64,000 nucleotides of DNA from Chitinophaga pinensis (GCA_943371935.1 CALRWS020000012.1:40464-104463); one strand, 5' to 3'. Positions 1 to 10,690 are shown, numbered from the stretch's first letter. Translations and numbers: made by a program. Notes: generated from the sequence alone by a model not told the origin.

Positions 1-26
1 CCGGCGCGGTAGGGAGAGGTATTCAT
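1..26 (-). CDS. era: GTPase Era, 5' end only (runs off window)
   Basis: ATG at 26 reads MNTSPYRAG, resembling the Era N-terminus just before G1; directly downstream of rnc, as in the conserved rnc-era operon. Confidence 0.7.
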
Positions 27-86
27 GCCGGCATTGTAACCGCCGGGGTTACCGGGACGACGAAAGCCGAAATCCGAATGGCAGGA

Positions 87-773
87 TCAAGCCCCTGCCG
101 CAAGCACCTGGAGTATGGATTCCGCCGCCGACTGCTCGGCGGCGCGGCGCGAACCGCCCTCGCCTTCGCGGGTCATCTCCGGATCGGTCAGGGTGCAACT
201 GACCCGGAAGGATTTGGCGTGATCCTCCCCGCTTTCGGCCAGCAGGGCGTAGACAGGCAGCGGGTACTGGCGCCCCTGCAGCCATTCCTGCAGACGGGTC
301 TTGGCGTCCTTGCCCAGCTTGTGCAGCGGCGGCAGGGCGTCGATGGATTCGGCGAACCACGGCAGCACCGCGGCCCGACAGGCGTCGAAACCGGCGTCGA
401 GATAGATCGCCGCGACTACCGCTTCCAGGGCGTCGGCCAAGATCGAGTCGCGGCGATGGCCGCCGGATTTCATTTCGCCAGGACCCAGCAGGATCCGCTG
501 GCCCAGTTCGAGCTTTCGCGCCAACGTGGCGAGGGAGGATTCGCGCACCAGCTCGGCGCGGGCGCGGGTGAGGTCGCCTTCGGGGGCCTTGGGCCAGCGC
601 AGATAGAGCGCCTCGGCGACGAACGCCCCGACCAGGGCGTCGCCGAGGAATTCCAGGCGCTCGTTGTGCGCGGCGGCGGCGCTGCGATGGGTCAGTGCCC
701 GTTCCAGCAGGCTCGAATCGCGGAAGACATGCCCACCGAGGCGATGGCTTCCGGTTGCGTGGGCGACGTTCAC
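87..773 (-). CDS. rnc: Ribonuclease III
   Basis: ALTHRS...NERLEFLGD signature plus C-terminal dsRBD (KTRLQEWLQ...AEQSAA); start placed at GTG 773 because the longer ORF overlaps DUF4845. Confidence 0.95.
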   Translation of the reverse strand: MNVAHATGSHRLGGHVFRDSSLLERALTHRSAAAAHNERLEFLGDALVGAFVAEALYLRWPKAPEGDLTRARAELVRESSLATLARKLELGQRILLGPGEMKSGGHRRDSILADALEAVVAAIYLDAGFDACRAAVLPWFAESIDALPPLHKLGKDAKTRLQEWLQGRQYPLPVYALLAESGEDHAKSFRVSCTLTDPEMTREGEGGSRRAAEQSAAESILQVLAAGA

Positions 774-789
774 CGCGGCTTCGACTTCT

Positions 790-1173
790 TCAATACGATG
801 CGGTGCCGCCGAGCGGCTGATCGATGACGAACCTGCCGACCGCATCGAGATTGCCGAACAGCGTGACGCGCACTTCGTAATTGATGTGCATGACCTTGCT
901 GCCGCTGGCGGTGTCGATCTTCACGTGTTCGGGCTTGACCGAATTCACGTAGCCGATGTTGAACCGCTTGAAGAGCTTGTCCTTGATCTGCGCCGGCTGC
1001 TCGTTGGCGATGCCCACTTCGCCGGCCAGGCTTTTCGCCGCCGACTTCACGCCGTAATACTCCTGGTACATCGGAAAGAGCTTCATGGCGATGAACAGGA
1101 AAGACCCGACTACTGCCGCAACGATGACGAAACTGATCAAAGTCATACCACTCTGATTGCGTCGCATATCCAA
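790..1173 (-). CDS. DUF4845 family protein
   Basis: [11 protein letters not shown] pilin-like N-terminus plus one TM segment; conserved position between lepB and rnc. Confidence 0.85.
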   Translation of the reverse strand: MDMRRNQSGMTLISFVIVAAVVGSFLFIAMKLFPMYQEYYGVKSAAKSLAGEVGIANEQPAQIKDKLFKRFNIGYVNSVKPEHVKIDTASGSKVMHINYEVRVTLFGNLDAVGRFVIDQPLGGTASY

Positions 1174-1240
1174 TCCCCCGGAACGATGATGTGGTTGATG
1201 ACGGTGCGCGGTGAGTGCGCGGGTGTTGCTGAAGCCCGGC

Positions 1241-2059
1241 TTACGGAATGCCGTTGCCGATCCGGGAGGGTTCGAAACTGTCGGTGCAGAACCAGCCGCT
1301 GCAGTTCAACCACACCAGAAAGGCCTTCCCGCGAAGCCGATTCTCGGGCAGGTACCCCCAGAATCTACCATCATCGCTGCGGTCGCGGTTGTCGCCCATC
1401 ACAAGATAGTGACCGGCCGGAACCACCCACTGGCCCTCGCCGCGCGGATCGGCGAACTGGTCGGGCATCTCCAGCACTTCATGCTCGTGGCCCGGGAACT
1501 TCTCGGTCAATCGCGCAGCGCCGTTCATCTCGGCATTGCGGCCGTTGCCGCTGAACGCGCCGTTCTCGACGTATTCCAGGGTCTTGCCGTTGACCTTCAG
1601 CGTGCTGCCGGCGTACTCGATGGTGTCGCCCGGCAGCCCGATCACGCGCTTGATGTAGTCCGCGCCGGTGTTGGGATCGTCCGGCCCCTTGCCGGGATAA
1701 CGGAACACCGCCACATCACCGCGGCCGGGTTCGCCGACTTCGATGATCTTGCTGTTGGTGACCGGCAGACGCAGGCCGTAGGCGAACTTGTTGACCAGGA
1801 TGAAATCGCCGATCAGCAGCGTCGGCATCATCGAACTGGACGGGATGCGGAAGGGTTCGGCGACGAAGCTGCGCAGCATCAGCACCAGCGCCAGCACCGG
1901 GAAGAACGCACGGGCGTAATCGACGATTACCGGCTCCCTGTTCTCGTCCAGCAGGCCGTCGGCCCTGGCCCTGCGCTTGGCGAAGAAGAGCCGGTCCAGC
2001 AACCAGATCAGACCGGTCAGCAGGGTCAGCGTGACGAGGACGATTTCGAACCAGACCAT
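1241..2059 (-). CDS. lepB: Signal peptidase I
   Basis: EPFRIPSSSMMPTL (catalytic Ser), DYIKRVIGLPGD (Lys), GDNRDRSDDGRFWG. Confidence 0.97.
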   Translation of the reverse strand: MVWFEIVLVTLTLLTGLIWLLDRLFFAKRRARADGLLDENREPVIVDYARAFFPVLALVLMLRSFVAEPFRIPSSSMMPTLLIGDFILVNKFAYGLRLPVTNSKIIEVGEPGRGDVAVFRYPGKGPDDPNTGADYIKRVIGLPGDTIEYAGSTLKVNGKTLEYVENGAFSGNGRNAEMNGAARLTEKFPGHEHEVLEMPDQFADPRGEGQWVVPAGHYLVMGDNRDRSDDGRFWGYLPENRLRGKAFLVWLNCSGWFCTDSFEPSRIGNGIP

Positions 2060-2146
2060 ACATTCTCCATTTGAAAGCCCATGCCCAGCGGGACAGGGGT
2101 TGAAGCGAGAGTACGAAAAAGTCGCGGCGATTCATCGCCAGCGCTG

Positions 2147-2216
2147 CCTCACCCCCGCATCGGCCCCGGTCGAATCCGGGACAGGCCATTCGGGCATCCC
2201 CTCCCGGCGGGAGAGG
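2147..2216. repeat. Degenerate palindromic intergenic repeat (CTCTCCC..GGGAG..GG / GGGTGAGG type)
   Basis: Minus strand cctctcccgccgggagggg...gggggtgagg in the lepA-lepB gap; resembles a widespread proteobacterial intergenic repeat; only one copy in the window. Confidence 0.35.
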
Positions 2217-2225
2217 ACGGAAACA

Positions 2226-4031
2226 TCACTTGCTGTCCATCTGCAGCACGGCGAGGAAGGCTTCCTGCGGGATTTCCACCCGCCCGACCTGCTTCATCCG
2301 CTTCTTGCCTTCCTTCTGTTTTTCCAGCAGTTTCTTCTTGCGGCTGATGTCGCCGCCATAGCACTTGGCCAGCACGTTCTTGCGCAGCGCCTTGACGGTG
2401 CTGCGGGAAATGATCTGCGAACCGACCGCGGCCTGGATCGCGACGTCGAACATCTGCCGCGGAATCAGGTCCTTCATCTTCTCGCACAGTTCGCGCCCGC
2501 GACGGTCGGCGTAGCTGCGATGGACGATGATCGACAGCGCATCGACCTTGTCGCCATTGATCAGCGTGTCCACGCGCACGAACGGGCCGGCATCGAAGCG
2601 CAGGAAGTGATAATCCAGCGACGCATACCCGCGCGACACCGACTTCAGCTTGTCGAAGAAATCCAGCACCACTTCCGCCATCGGCAGTTCGTAGCTGATC
2701 TGCACCTGGCCGCCAAGATAGTTGATGCCGATCTGCGAGCCGCGCTTCTCTTCGCACAGGGTGATGCAGTTGCCGACGTAGTCAGGCGGCGTGAGGATGT
2801 TCGCGCGGATGATCGGTTCGCGGACTTCCTGGATGTGATTGGTCGGCGGCAGTTTGGCCGGGTTGTCCAGCGGCATCACCGTGCCGTCGGTCTTCAGCAC
2901 TTCGTACACCACGGTGGGCGCGGTGCTGATCAGATTGAGGTTGTACTCGCGCTCCAGGCGTTCCTGCACGATTTCCATGTGCAGCATGCCCAGGAAGCCG
3001 CAGCGGAAGCCGAAGCCCATCGCCTCGGAGCTTTCGGGCTCGAAGCGCAGCGCGGCGTCGTTGAGCTGCAGCTTGTCCAGCGCTTCGCGAAGGTCCGGGT
3101 AATCCTCGGCATCGACCGGGAACAGACCGGCGAACACGCGCGGCTGCATTTCCTGGAAACCCGGCAGCGGCTTGTCGGCAGGATCGCTGGCCAGCGTGAG
3201 GGTGTCGCCGACCGGCGCGCCATGGACGTCCTTGATACTGGCGTTGATCCAGCCCACTTCGCCCGCGCCGAGCTTCTTCAGCTCCTTGCGCTTGGGCGTG
3301 AACACGCCGACCTTGTCGACCAGATGGGTGCGGCCGGTGGTCATCACCAGGATCTTGGTGCCGGGCACGATCTCGCCCTGCATGACCCGGACCAGCGAGA
3401 CCACGCCGAGGTAGTTGTCGAACCACGAGTCGATGATCAGCGCCTGCAGCTTGTCGGTATCGCGCGGCTTGGGCGGCGGGATGCGGTGGACGATGGCTTC
3501 CAGCACATCGATCACGTTCAGGCCGGTCTTGGCGCTGATCGCGACCGCGTCGGTGGCGTCGATGCCGATGACGGCCTCGATTTCGGCCTTGGCGCGGTCG
3601 ATGTCGGCAGTCGGCAGGTCGATCTTGTTGAGGACCGGCACCACTTCCAGGCCCTGCTCGACGGCGGTGTAGCAGTTGGCGACCGACTGCGCCTCGACGC
3701 CCTGGGCGGCATCCACCACCAGCAGCGCGCCTTCGCAGGCGGCCAGCGAGCGGCTGACTTCGTAGCTGAAGTCGACGTGGCCGGGGGTGTCGATGAAGTT
3801 GAGCTGGTAGGTCTGCCCGTCCTTGGCCTTGTAGGGCAAGGACACGGACTGGGCCTTGATGGTGATGCCGCGCTCGCGCTCGATCGGGTTCGAGTCGAGC
3901 ACCTGCGCCTCCATCTCGCGCGCCTCCAGCCCGCCGCACAATTGAATGATGCGGTCGGCGAGCGTGGACTTGCCGTGATCGACGTGGGCGATGATGGAAA
4001 AGTTGCGGATGTTCCGCATTGCGTCAGACAT
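2226..4031 (-). CDS. lepA: Elongation factor 4 (LepA)
   Basis: [27 protein letters not shown]-terminal [18 protein letters not shown]. Confidence 0.99.
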   Translation of the reverse strand: MSDAMRNIRNFSIIAHVDHGKSTLADRIIQLCGGLEAREMEAQVLDSNPIERERGITIKAQSVSLPYKAKDGQTYQLNFIDTPGHVDFSYEVSRSLAACEGALLVVDAAQGVEAQSVANCYTAVEQGLEVVPVLNKIDLPTADIDRAKAEIEAVIGIDATDAVAISAKTGLNVIDVLEAIVHRIPPPKPRDTDKLQALIIDSWFDNYLGVVSLVRVMQGEIVPGTKILVMTTGRTHLVDKVGVFTPKRKELKKLGAGEVGWINASIKDVHGAPVGDTLTLASDPADKPLPGFQEMQPRVFAGLFPVDAEDYPDLREALDKLQLNDAALRFEPESSEAMGFGFRCGFLGMLHMEIVQERLEREYNLNLISTAPTVVYEVLKTDGTVMPLDNPAKLPPTNHIQEVREPIIRANILTPPDYVGNCITLCEEKRGSQIGINYLGGQVQISYELPMAEVVLDFFDKLKSVSRGYASLDYHFLRFDAGPFVRVDTLINGDKVDALSIIVHRSYADRRGRELCEKMKDLIPRQMFDVAIQAAVGSQIISRSTVKALRKNVLAKCYGGDISRKKKLLEKQKEGKKRMKQVGRVEIPQEAFLAVLQMDSK

Positions 4032-4177
4032 GGGGAGCGGCGCGTGCCGTCATGGCCTTGAGATCAAACGTTGGATTATCGCACAGCGCGAGGTCCGACC
4101 CGTCGGGAATGGCACCCGACAGGCCGGACCAGGGTTTCGTGGCGCCGCTCGGGACGGAGCCTGCCGTGTTTCTATTT

Positions 4178-5734
4178 CTAGCCCTCGTCGGGCGTCACCG
4201 CCAGGAACTGGGTCGCCGCGCCACGGCGGACCAGCAGCATCGCCGTCTGATCTTTGCGGACCTTGCCCAGTTCGCGTTCCAGGGCGGACACGCTGCCCAC
4301 CGGGGTGGTGCCCACCCGCAGGACGATATCGCCCGGTCGCAGACCCGCCTTGCGGCCGGCCTGGCCATCGATCCGGGCCAGGGCCACGCCCTCGCCTGCC
4401 TTCAGGCCCAGTTCGCGCCGCTGGTCGGCGTCGAGATCCTCGCCGACCAGCCCCAGCCGGTTCTCGGCCTTGGCGGCGGCGGGCTCGCGCGGGGCGACGC
4501 GGCGCGGGTTGCCGGCGACATCGGTTTCATCAAGGCGGGTCAGGGTGACGTTGCGCTGGATCGGCTTGCCGTTGCGGAGGATATCGAGCCTGGCGGTGGC
4601 CCCCGGCGCCATCGCGCCGATCACCGGCGGGAGGTCGCTGGAATCGTCGATCGCGATCCCGTCGACCGAGCGGATCACGTCACCGGGTTCGAGGCCGGCC
4701 TTTTCCGCGGGACTTCCGGCCAGCACATCGTTGACCAGCGCGCCGCGGGTATCGGGAAGATCGAAGCCTTTCACCATGTCCGAGCTGACGGCGCCGACCG
4801 ACACGCCGATCTGTCCGCGGCTGACCTTGCCGGTGGTCTTGAGCTGCTGGGCGACATTCATCGCCACATCCATCGGGATGGCGAAGCTCACGCCCATATA
4901 GCCGCCGGAATTGCTGAAGATCTGCGAATTGATGCCGACCACTTCGCCGCGGGTGTTGAGCAGCGGGCCGCCGGAGTTGCCGCGGTTGATCGCCACGTCG
5001 GTCTGGATGAAAGGCACGTAGCGCTGCTGGTTGTTGGCGGCGCGGCCGACCGCGCTGACGATGCCGGCGGTGACCGAATGATCCAGGCCGAACGGAGAAC
5101 CGATCGCCACCACCCATTGACCGGGCTTGAGCGACCTGGATTCGCCGGTGCGCAGGTACGGCAAACCGGTCGCCGGGATCTTCAGTACCGCGACGTCCGA
5201 CTGCGGATCGCTGCCGACGACCTTGGCCTTGAACTCGCGACGATCGGACAGTTTGACCTTGACCTCGTCGGCGCCGTCGACCACGTGATGATTGGTCAGC
5301 AGATACCCGTCGTCCGAGATCATGAACCCGGTACCGATGGACTGGCTCTGCGGCCCCTCGTTGCCATCCGGGGACTGTGGAGCACCCGGCATAGAAGGCC
5401 CGCCCGGGCCGAAGAAGCGCCGGAAGAATTCGGGCATCTCGTCGTCTTCGGGCATCTCGCCGCCGCGCATGGCCGCACCGCGCGCGCTGCCTGTGGCTTC
5501 GATGCTCACCACCGCCGGGCCGACGCGTTCGACCAGTTGGGTGAAATCGGGCAGGCCTGTGACCATGGGCGCATCGATGGCCTGGGCGGCCGTGGCGAGG
5601 GTCGCGGACGATGCCGCCATCGGCAGGGCCGCAGGCACGGAATGGCCGGCGCCGATCGGAAGCACGACGGTCGCCGCGGCGGTGGCTGCAGCGGTGGCGG
5701 TCACGAGAGCGAGAGTACGAAGTGTCGGTTTCAT
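4178..5734 (-). CDS. degP: DegP/MucD periplasmic serine endoprotease with two PDZ domains
   Basis: Signal peptide, TNHHV (His), DVAVLK (Asp), INRGNSGGPL (Ser), two PDZ-like regions; downstream of rpoE-rseA. Confidence 0.95.
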   Translation of the reverse strand: MKPTLRTLALVTATAAATAAATVVLPIGAGHSVPAALPMAASSATLATAAQAIDAPMVTGLPDFTQLVERVGPAVVSIEATGSARGAAMRGGEMPEDDEMPEFFRRFFGPGGPSMPGAPQSPDGNEGPQSQSIGTGFMISDDGYLLTNHHVVDGADEVKVKLSDRREFKAKVVGSDPQSDVAVLKIPATGLPYLRTGESRSLKPGQWVVAIGSPFGLDHSVTAGIVSAVGRAANNQQRYVPFIQTDVAINRGNSGGPLLNTRGEVVGINSQIFSNSGGYMGVSFAIPMDVAMNVAQQLKTTGKVSRGQIGVSVGAVSSDMVKGFDLPDTRGALVNDVLAGSPAEKAGLEPGDVIRSVDGIAIDDSSDLPPVIGAMAPGATARLDILRNGKPIQRNVTLTRLDETDVAGNPRRVAPREPAAAKAENRLGLVGEDLDADQRRELGLKAGEGVALARIDGQAGRKAGLRPGDIVLRVGTTPVGSVSALERELGKVRKDQTAMLLVRRGAATQFLAVTPDEG

Positions 5735-5832
5735 CGGGGAAACGTCCTCGATAAAGGATGCGATGGGATGGGATGGGAACGAATTTCTGGAGTTTGATCG
5801 CAGCCGGCGACGCACGACGCCGCCGGCTGCGA

Positions 5833-6729
5833 TCAATGCGATGGCGATGCGGCTTCAGCCGACGATGCGGCGTTCGGCGGCCGCCATTCGGGCCGGGGCG
5901 GCTGGAATGGCTGGAACGCCGGCGAGCCCTCGAAACCTGCGGTCACTTCGCCGCCAGCGGATGCGCCGGGCACGAGTGCGCGCGGCCAGGGCTTCGACGT
6001 CATGTGGGCGCCCGGGGCAAGATCGCGACCGTGGGCGGCGCTTGCGACCTGGACCGCCTGCGGCGATGCCGTCTTGCGCGACTTGGCGGCAAGACCGGTT
6101 GCGGAGCGACCCACGGGAATCGCCTGAGCGCTGGCGACGAGATGCGGCCGCACGGGACGTTTGTCGTTAGCGGCGACAGCAGCCGCGGCAATGGCAGCGA
6201 CGCCCGCTTCAACCATGCCTGCGGGCAAGACCGGTTCCGGAACCCGCACCGACGTCACGGGGACCGGGACAGGCGCGGCCGGGGCCGGCGCGGTTGCGAC
6301 CTGCAGCGGCACGTCATCGGGAGCAGACAGCATACGCGAACCGATCAGTGCGGCCAGCGCGACCGATGCCGCCAGCGCGGCGCCGCCGCCCCAGCGCAGC
6401 AGCGGCCGGCGCGTGCCCGGGGTGGCAGCCACTGCAAGTGTCTGTGCTTCGACAGCATCGGCGAGCGCAATGTCGTCGGCGATCGCGCGGCCGACGCGGC
6501 GCGAGAAATCGGCAGGCAATGCGCGTCCGGCAATGCCGCGCATGGCGTCGCCAGTGAACTGCCAGCGTTCCCAGCAGTCGGCGAGTTCGTCGTCGTGTTC
6601 CATTCGACGCAGCAGGAATCGGGCTTCATCCGCCGACAGCGCGCCGTCCATCATCGCGGAAAGCTGTTCGCGGTGGAATTCCCGGGAATTGGCGTCGCGT
6701 ACGGTAGAGGTTTCGTGCAATCCGGTCAT
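5833..6729 (-). CDS. rseA: Anti-sigma-E factor RseA/MucA
   Basis: EQLSAMMDGAL...WERWQFTGDAMRG anti-sigma domain, central TM helix, directly after rpoE. Confidence 0.92.
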   Translation of the reverse strand: MTGLHETSTVRDANSREFHREQLSAMMDGALSADEARFLLRRMEHDDELADCWERWQFTGDAMRGIAGRALPADFSRRVGRAIADDIALADAVEAQTLAVAATPGTRRPLLRWGGGAALAASVALAALIGSRMLSAPDDVPLQVATAPAPAAPVPVPVTSVRVPEPVLPAGMVEAGVAAIAAAAVAANDKRPVRPHLVASAQAIPVGRSATGLAAKSRKTASPQAVQVASAAHGRDLAPGAHMTSKPWPRALVPGASAGGEVTAGFEGSPAFQPFQPPRPEWRPPNAASSAEAASPSH

Positions 6730-6840
6730 GGGGCTCGATTTCGGGATTGGGGGGCTTGTTGCGGTTTGTCGGGGGTAGCGTCTTGAAACATGTACAAAGC
6801 AGGCATCACTCGAATGGGCATGCGGTGCGGATTCGCGGAC

Positions 6841-7458
6841 TCAACGCGTCGCGCGTTCGCGCGAGTCGGGCGCGTCCATCAACGGTCGCAACTGCGCGTC
6901 GATGGCATCGCGGGCCCGGAAGATGCGCGAGCGGACCGTACCGATGGGGCACTTCATCTGCTGCGCGATCTCCTCGTAGCTCAACCCATCCACCTCGCGG
7001 AGCGTGATCGCCGCCCGAAGTTCTTCGGGCAAGGCTTCGACCGCGCGCATCACCGTTTGTTCCATCTCATGACGCATCAATTCGCGCTCCGGAGTGTCGT
7101 TGTCGCGCAGGCGCAGGCCTGATTCGAACTGCTCGGCGTCGTCGATGTCCACGTCGTCGCCCGGCGGGCGGCGTTTGTGGGCCACCAGATGATTCTTGGC
7201 GGTGTTCACGGCGATGCGGTGCAGCCACGTTGAGAACTGCGCGTCGCCGCGGAAGTTCCCCATCGCGCGATAGGCGCGGATGAAGGTGTCCTGGGCGACG
7301 TCCTGGGCCTCGCTCCAGTCGTGCACATAGCGCCCGATCAGCGCCACGACCCGGTGCTGGTGCTTGCGCACGAGCAGATCGAAGGCCGCGCTGTCGCCGC
7401 GCTGCACCCGCCGGACCAGTTCGAGGTCCACATCCTGCAATGTCGTTGCTTCGGCCAT
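6841..7458 (-). CDS. rpoE: RNA polymerase sigma-E factor
   Basis: DLELVRRVQRGDSAAFDLLVRK...FSTWLHRIAVNTAKNHL...PIGTVRSRIFRAR; start at ATG 7458 with AGGAG SD. Confidence 0.97.
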   Translation of the reverse strand: MAEATTLQDVDLELVRRVQRGDSAAFDLLVRKHQHRVVALIGRYVHDWSEAQDVAQDTFIRAYRAMGNFRGDAQFSTWLHRIAVNTAKNHLVAHKRRPPGDDVDIDDAEQFESGLRLRDNDTPERELMRHEMEQTVMRAVEALPEELRAAITLREVDGLSYEEIAQQMKCPIGTVRSRIFRARDAIDAQLRPLMDAPDSRERATR

Positions 7459-7507
7459 CCGGCCGGCTCTCCTGAGTGTGGATCGGGCCGGTACGGTAGC
7501 CGGGCCA

Positions 7508-7535
7508 TCGGACAATACACGCCGGCGAAAAGTTC
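7508..7535 (-). promoter_or_regulatory. Sigma-E-dependent (autoregulatory) promoter of rpoE
   Basis: Minus strand GAACTT (7535-7530), 17-nt spacer, TCCGA (7512-7508); matches the RpoE/AlgU consensus GAACTT-N16/17-TCnnA about 50 nt upstream of the rpoE ATG. Confidence 0.75.
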
Positions 7536-7717
7536 CCGGCCCCCGGCGCCCCACCCTGGGCCGCCTGTGCAACATGCATTCATCTGGGGGCGTCGCGCGA
7601 CTGCCACAAGCCATGCGCCATGGGACCGTGTCGGTGCCGATCCGACGACACCGATTTGACGCCATCCCACAATGGTCCGGATCATAGGGACATTCTCCAG
7701 CGTATGGATTCCCGCTC

Positions 7718-9787
7718 ATGACCTCCACCTCACCCAGCTTCGACGGCCTGCGTCTGCGCCACTGGAAGACCGAATTGCGGCCGGACGGCGTGCTGGTGCT
7801 GTCCTTCGACCGCGAAGGCGAGTCGGTGAACACCTTCGGACAGGGGGTGCTGATCGAATTGAACAGCCTGCTCGAACGCATCGCGCTGGAACCGCCGAAG
7901 GCGCTGGTGCTGCGCTCGGCCAAGGAAAAGGGCTTCATCGCTGGCGCCGACATCCGCGAATTCCAGGAGTTCGACGCAAAAGGCACCATCGGCGACTCGA
8001 TCCGCCGCGGCCAGAACCTCTTCCAGCGCATCGCGGAACTGCCCTTCCCCACCGTCGCCGCGATCCACGGCTTCTGCATGGGCGGCGGCACCGAGATCTC
8101 GCTGGCCTGCCGCTATCGCGTGGCCTCGAACGATGCGTCGACGAAGATCGGCCTGCCCGAAGTGATGCTGGGCATCTTCCCGGGCTGGGGCGGCAGCGCC
8201 CGTCTGCCGCAGCTGGTCGGCGCCCCGGCCGCCATGGACATGATGCTCACCGGCCGCAGCCTCTCGGCATCGGCGGCGCGCGCGATCGGCCTGGTCGATA
8301 AGATCGTGGACCCGGCGGGCCTGATCGAAGCCGCAGCCGCGCTCGCACTCAAGGGCGTCGAACGCCCCTTCAAACAGCGTTTCATGGCCTGGGCCACCAA
8401 CACGTGGCCGGCGCGCCAACTGATCGCGCCGAAAATGATCAAGATGACCGCACGCAAGGCGCGCAAGGAACATTACCCCGCGCCGTACGCGCTGATCGAG
8501 ACCTGGCGCCGAAGCGCCGGCAACGGCATCCGGGCACGTCTGGATGCCGAGCGCAAAGCCGTAGTGAAACTCGCCGCCACGCCGACCGCACGCAATCTCA
8601 CCCGCGTGTATTTCCTGCAGGAACGGCTGAAGGGTCTTGGCGGCAAGGATCATGGCATCGCCCACGTCCACGTGGTCGGCGCCGGGGTGATGGGCGGCGA
8701 CATCGCCGCCTGGGCGGCGTACAAGGGTTTCCAGGTCACGCTTCAGGATCGCGAACAGCGTTTCATCGACACCGCCATGGCGCGCGCGCAGGAATTGTTC
8801 GCCAAGCGCGTGAAGGACGCGGGCAAGCGGCCGGAGGTGGCGGCGCGGCTGGTGTCCGATCTCGACGGTGCCGGCGTCGCCAGCGCCGACCTGCTCATCG
8901 AAGCCATCATCGAACGACCCGACGCCAAGCGCGACCTCTACACCGCGGTCGAGCCGAAGATGAAGCCCGACGCGCTGCTCACCACCAATACGTCCTCCAT
9001 CCCGCTGACCGAACTGCGCGAGCACATCGCGCGGCCGGCGCAGTTCGCCGGCCTGCATTACTTCAACCCGGTGGCGATGATGCCGCTGGTGGAAATCATC
9101 CAGCACGACGGCATGGCGCCGGACACCGCGAAACGGCTCGCCGCATTCTGCAAGGCCATCGACAAGCTGCCGGTACCAGTCGCCGGCACGCCCGGCTTCC
9201 TGGTCAACCGCCTGCTGTTCCCTTACATGCTGGAAGCCGTCACCGCCTATTCCGAAGGCATCCCCGGCCCGGTGCTGGACAAGGCGGCGGTGAAGTTCGG
9301 CATGCCGATGGGACCGATCGAACTCATCGATACCGTGGGCCTGGATGTCGCTTCCGGCGTGGGCGCCGAACTCGCGCCCTTCCTCGGCCTGCCGATTCCG
9401 GCCGCGCTGGCCGCACCGCCCGAAGCCGGAAAGCGCGGCAAGAAGGACGGTCAGGGCCTTTATCGCTGGGAGAACGGGAAGGCGCAGAAGCCGGAGATTC
9501 CGGCCGATTACAAGGCGCCGGACGATCTCGAAGACCGCCTGATCCTGCCCTTCCTCAACGAAGCCGTCGCCGCCCTGCACGAAGGCGTGGTTGCCGATGC
9601 CGAACTGCTGGACGCCGGCGTGATCTTCGGCACCGGTTTCGCGCCTTTCCGCGGCGGCCCGATCCAGTACATCCGCGACAGCGGCGCGGAGGTGCTGCTG
9701 GCCAGGCTGAAGGTGCTGCAGGCCAAGTACGGTGACCGCTTCGCCCCGCGCCCGGGCTGGGACAATCCGGCGCTGCTCAAACAGTAA
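7718..9787 (+). CDS. fadJ: Fatty-acid oxidation multifunctional enzyme (enoyl-CoA hydratase / 3-hydroxyacyl-CoA dehydrogenase, FadJ/FadB type)
   Basis: Crotonase GGGTEISLAC..IGLPEV, Rossmann VVGAGVMG, TNTSS, LHYFNP, PGFLVNR. Confidence 0.9.
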   Translation: MTSTSPSFDGLRLRHWKTELRPDGVLVLSFDREGESVNTFGQGVLIELNSLLERIALEPPKALVLRSAKEKGFIAGADIREFQEFDAKGTIGDSIRRGQNLFQRIAELPFPTVAAIHGFCMGGGTEISLACRYRVASNDASTKIGLPEVMLGIFPGWGGSARLPQLVGAPAAMDMMLTGRSLSASAARAIGLVDKIVDPAGLIEAAAALALKGVERPFKQRFMAWATNTWPARQLIAPKMIKMTARKARKEHYPAPYALIETWRRSAGNGIRARLDAERKAVVKLAATPTARNLTRVYFLQERLKGLGGKDHGIAHVHVVGAGVMGGDIAAWAAYKGFQVTLQDREQRFIDTAMARAQELFAKRVKDAGKRPEVAARLVSDLDGAGVASADLLIEAIIERPDAKRDLYTAVEPKMKPDALLTTNTSSIPLTELREHIARPAQFAGLHYFNPVAMMPLVEIIQHDGMAPDTAKRLAAFCKAIDKLPVPVAGTPGFLVNRLLFPYMLEAVTAYSEGIPGPVLDKAAVKFGMPMGPIELIDTVGLDVASGVGAELAPFLGLPIPAALAAPPEAGKRGKKDGQGLYRWENGKAQKPEIPADYKAPDDLEDRLILPFLNEAVAALHEGVVADAELLDAGVIFGTGFAPFRGGPIQYIRDSGAEVLLARLKVLQAKYGDRFAPRPGWDNPALLKQ

Positions 9788-9810
9788 TCCCGCCTGTCGC
9801 CACGACGATC

Positions 9811-9838
9811 CCGAAACCCCGCCCCGGCGGGGTTTCGG
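9811..9838 (+). terminator. Hairpin terminator after fadJ
   Basis: ccgaaaccccgc-cccg-gcggggtttcgg, 12-bp perfect stem. Confidence 0.65.
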
Positions 9839-9848
9839 CGTTCAGGGC

Positions 9849-9886
9849 TTGCAATACGCACCACATCGTCGGTATAACGTACGTTA
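9849..9886 (+). promoter_or_regulatory. Sigma-70 promoter of the TA operon with overlapping palindromic operator
   Basis: TTGCAA (9849-54), N18, TATAAC (9873-78); perfect palindrome TAACGTACGTTA (9875-86) overlaps the -10. Confidence 0.7.
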
Positions 9887-9909
9887 CTACTACCTTCCAT
9901 GTGATCGAC

Positions 9910-10131
9910 ATGAAACTGAAAATTACGACCGTAGGCAATTCCGCTGGTGTGATCCTGCCCAAGGAACTGCTGACCCGGATGCGTCTGGAAAAAGGCGACG
10001 AACTGTATGCGCTGGAAACCCCGGGCGGCATCGTGCTGACCACCTACGACCCGGAACTCGCCGCGCAGATGGAGGTGGCCGAGCGCGTCATGAGGGAAGA
10101 CCGGCAAGTGCTGCACAAGCTGGCGAAGTAG
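9910..10131 (+). CDS. AbrB/MazE/SpoVT-family antitoxin
   Basis: MKLKITTVGNSAGVILPKELL...LEKGDEL swapped-hairpin motif; 9 nt upstream of a Doc toxin. Confidence 0.9.
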   Translation: MKLKITTVGNSAGVILPKELLTRMRLEKGDELYALETPGGIVLTTYDPELAAQMEVAERVMREDRQVLHKLAK

Positions 10132-10140
10132 GAGGCTGCC

Positions 10141-10569
10141 ATGATCGTCTGGATCAACCGGCGGCTTGCCCTCGCCATCCATGATCGTCAGCTCGCCGAA
10201 CATGGCGGCGGCACCGGTGTACGCGACGAAGCCCTTCTCGACTCCGCACTCGCACGCCCTGAACAATTGTTCGCCTATGGCGACCCGCCACCGGATATCG
10301 CCGCGCTATGCGCAAGTCTGGCATACGGTCTGGCGCGGAATCATCCCTTTGTCGATGGCAACAAACGCACCGCACATGTCTGCTACCGCGTCTTCCTCGC
10401 GCTCAACGATGCTGAACTCGTCGCATCGGAAGAAGAGAAATACATCGCGATGCTGCGTCTCGCCGAAGGCAGCCTCTCCGAATCCGGATTCGCAGAATGG
10501 CTGCGCGAACATCTGGTGCTGAATGCGAAAGGCAACGTCAACGAACCGCAGGCGGCATACCAGCGCTGA
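10141..10569 (+). CDS. doc: Death-on-curing (Doc, Fic-fold) toxin
   Basis: HPFVDGNKRTA Doc-type motif (K in GNKR); GVRDEALLDSALARP. Confidence 0.92.
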   Translation: MIVWINRRLALAIHDRQLAEHGGGTGVRDEALLDSALARPEQLFAYGDPPPDIAALCASLAYGLARNHPFVDGNKRTAHVCYRVFLALNDAELVASEEEKYIAMLRLAEGSLSESGFAEWLREHLVLNAKGNVNEPQAAYQR

Positions 10570-10690
10570 TATCCGCGACGGCCCGCTCTTGTGTGCCGCC
10601 GGTATCGGCTGAGATCATTCGGCCGGCATCCACCCGCAGCATCGCGAGCCGCCGACATGGCTGCCGCCACCACTATCATTCAAGCCCCTC

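Noticed and set aside
1977-4061. 694-aa plus-strand ORF, and similar long ORFs at 4019-5797, 7730-9580, 19623-22520, 23437-26412, 35372-36859, 38170-39912, 52914-54362 and 61488-62867
   Set aside because: Antisense shadows of well-supported genes, expected in high-GC DNA; no recognisable motifs
5750-5800. Sigma-E promoter for degP and a GATGG microsatellite
   Set aside because: Best -35 (AAACTC) has two mismatches, and degP is explicable by read-through from rpoE-rseA
7459-8091. Long N-terminal extensions of rpoE, and likewise purA, parE, pcm, rlmE, eno, HDAC and others in the ORF track
   Set aside because: They overlap neighbouring genes or repeats; homology starts at downstream ATGs
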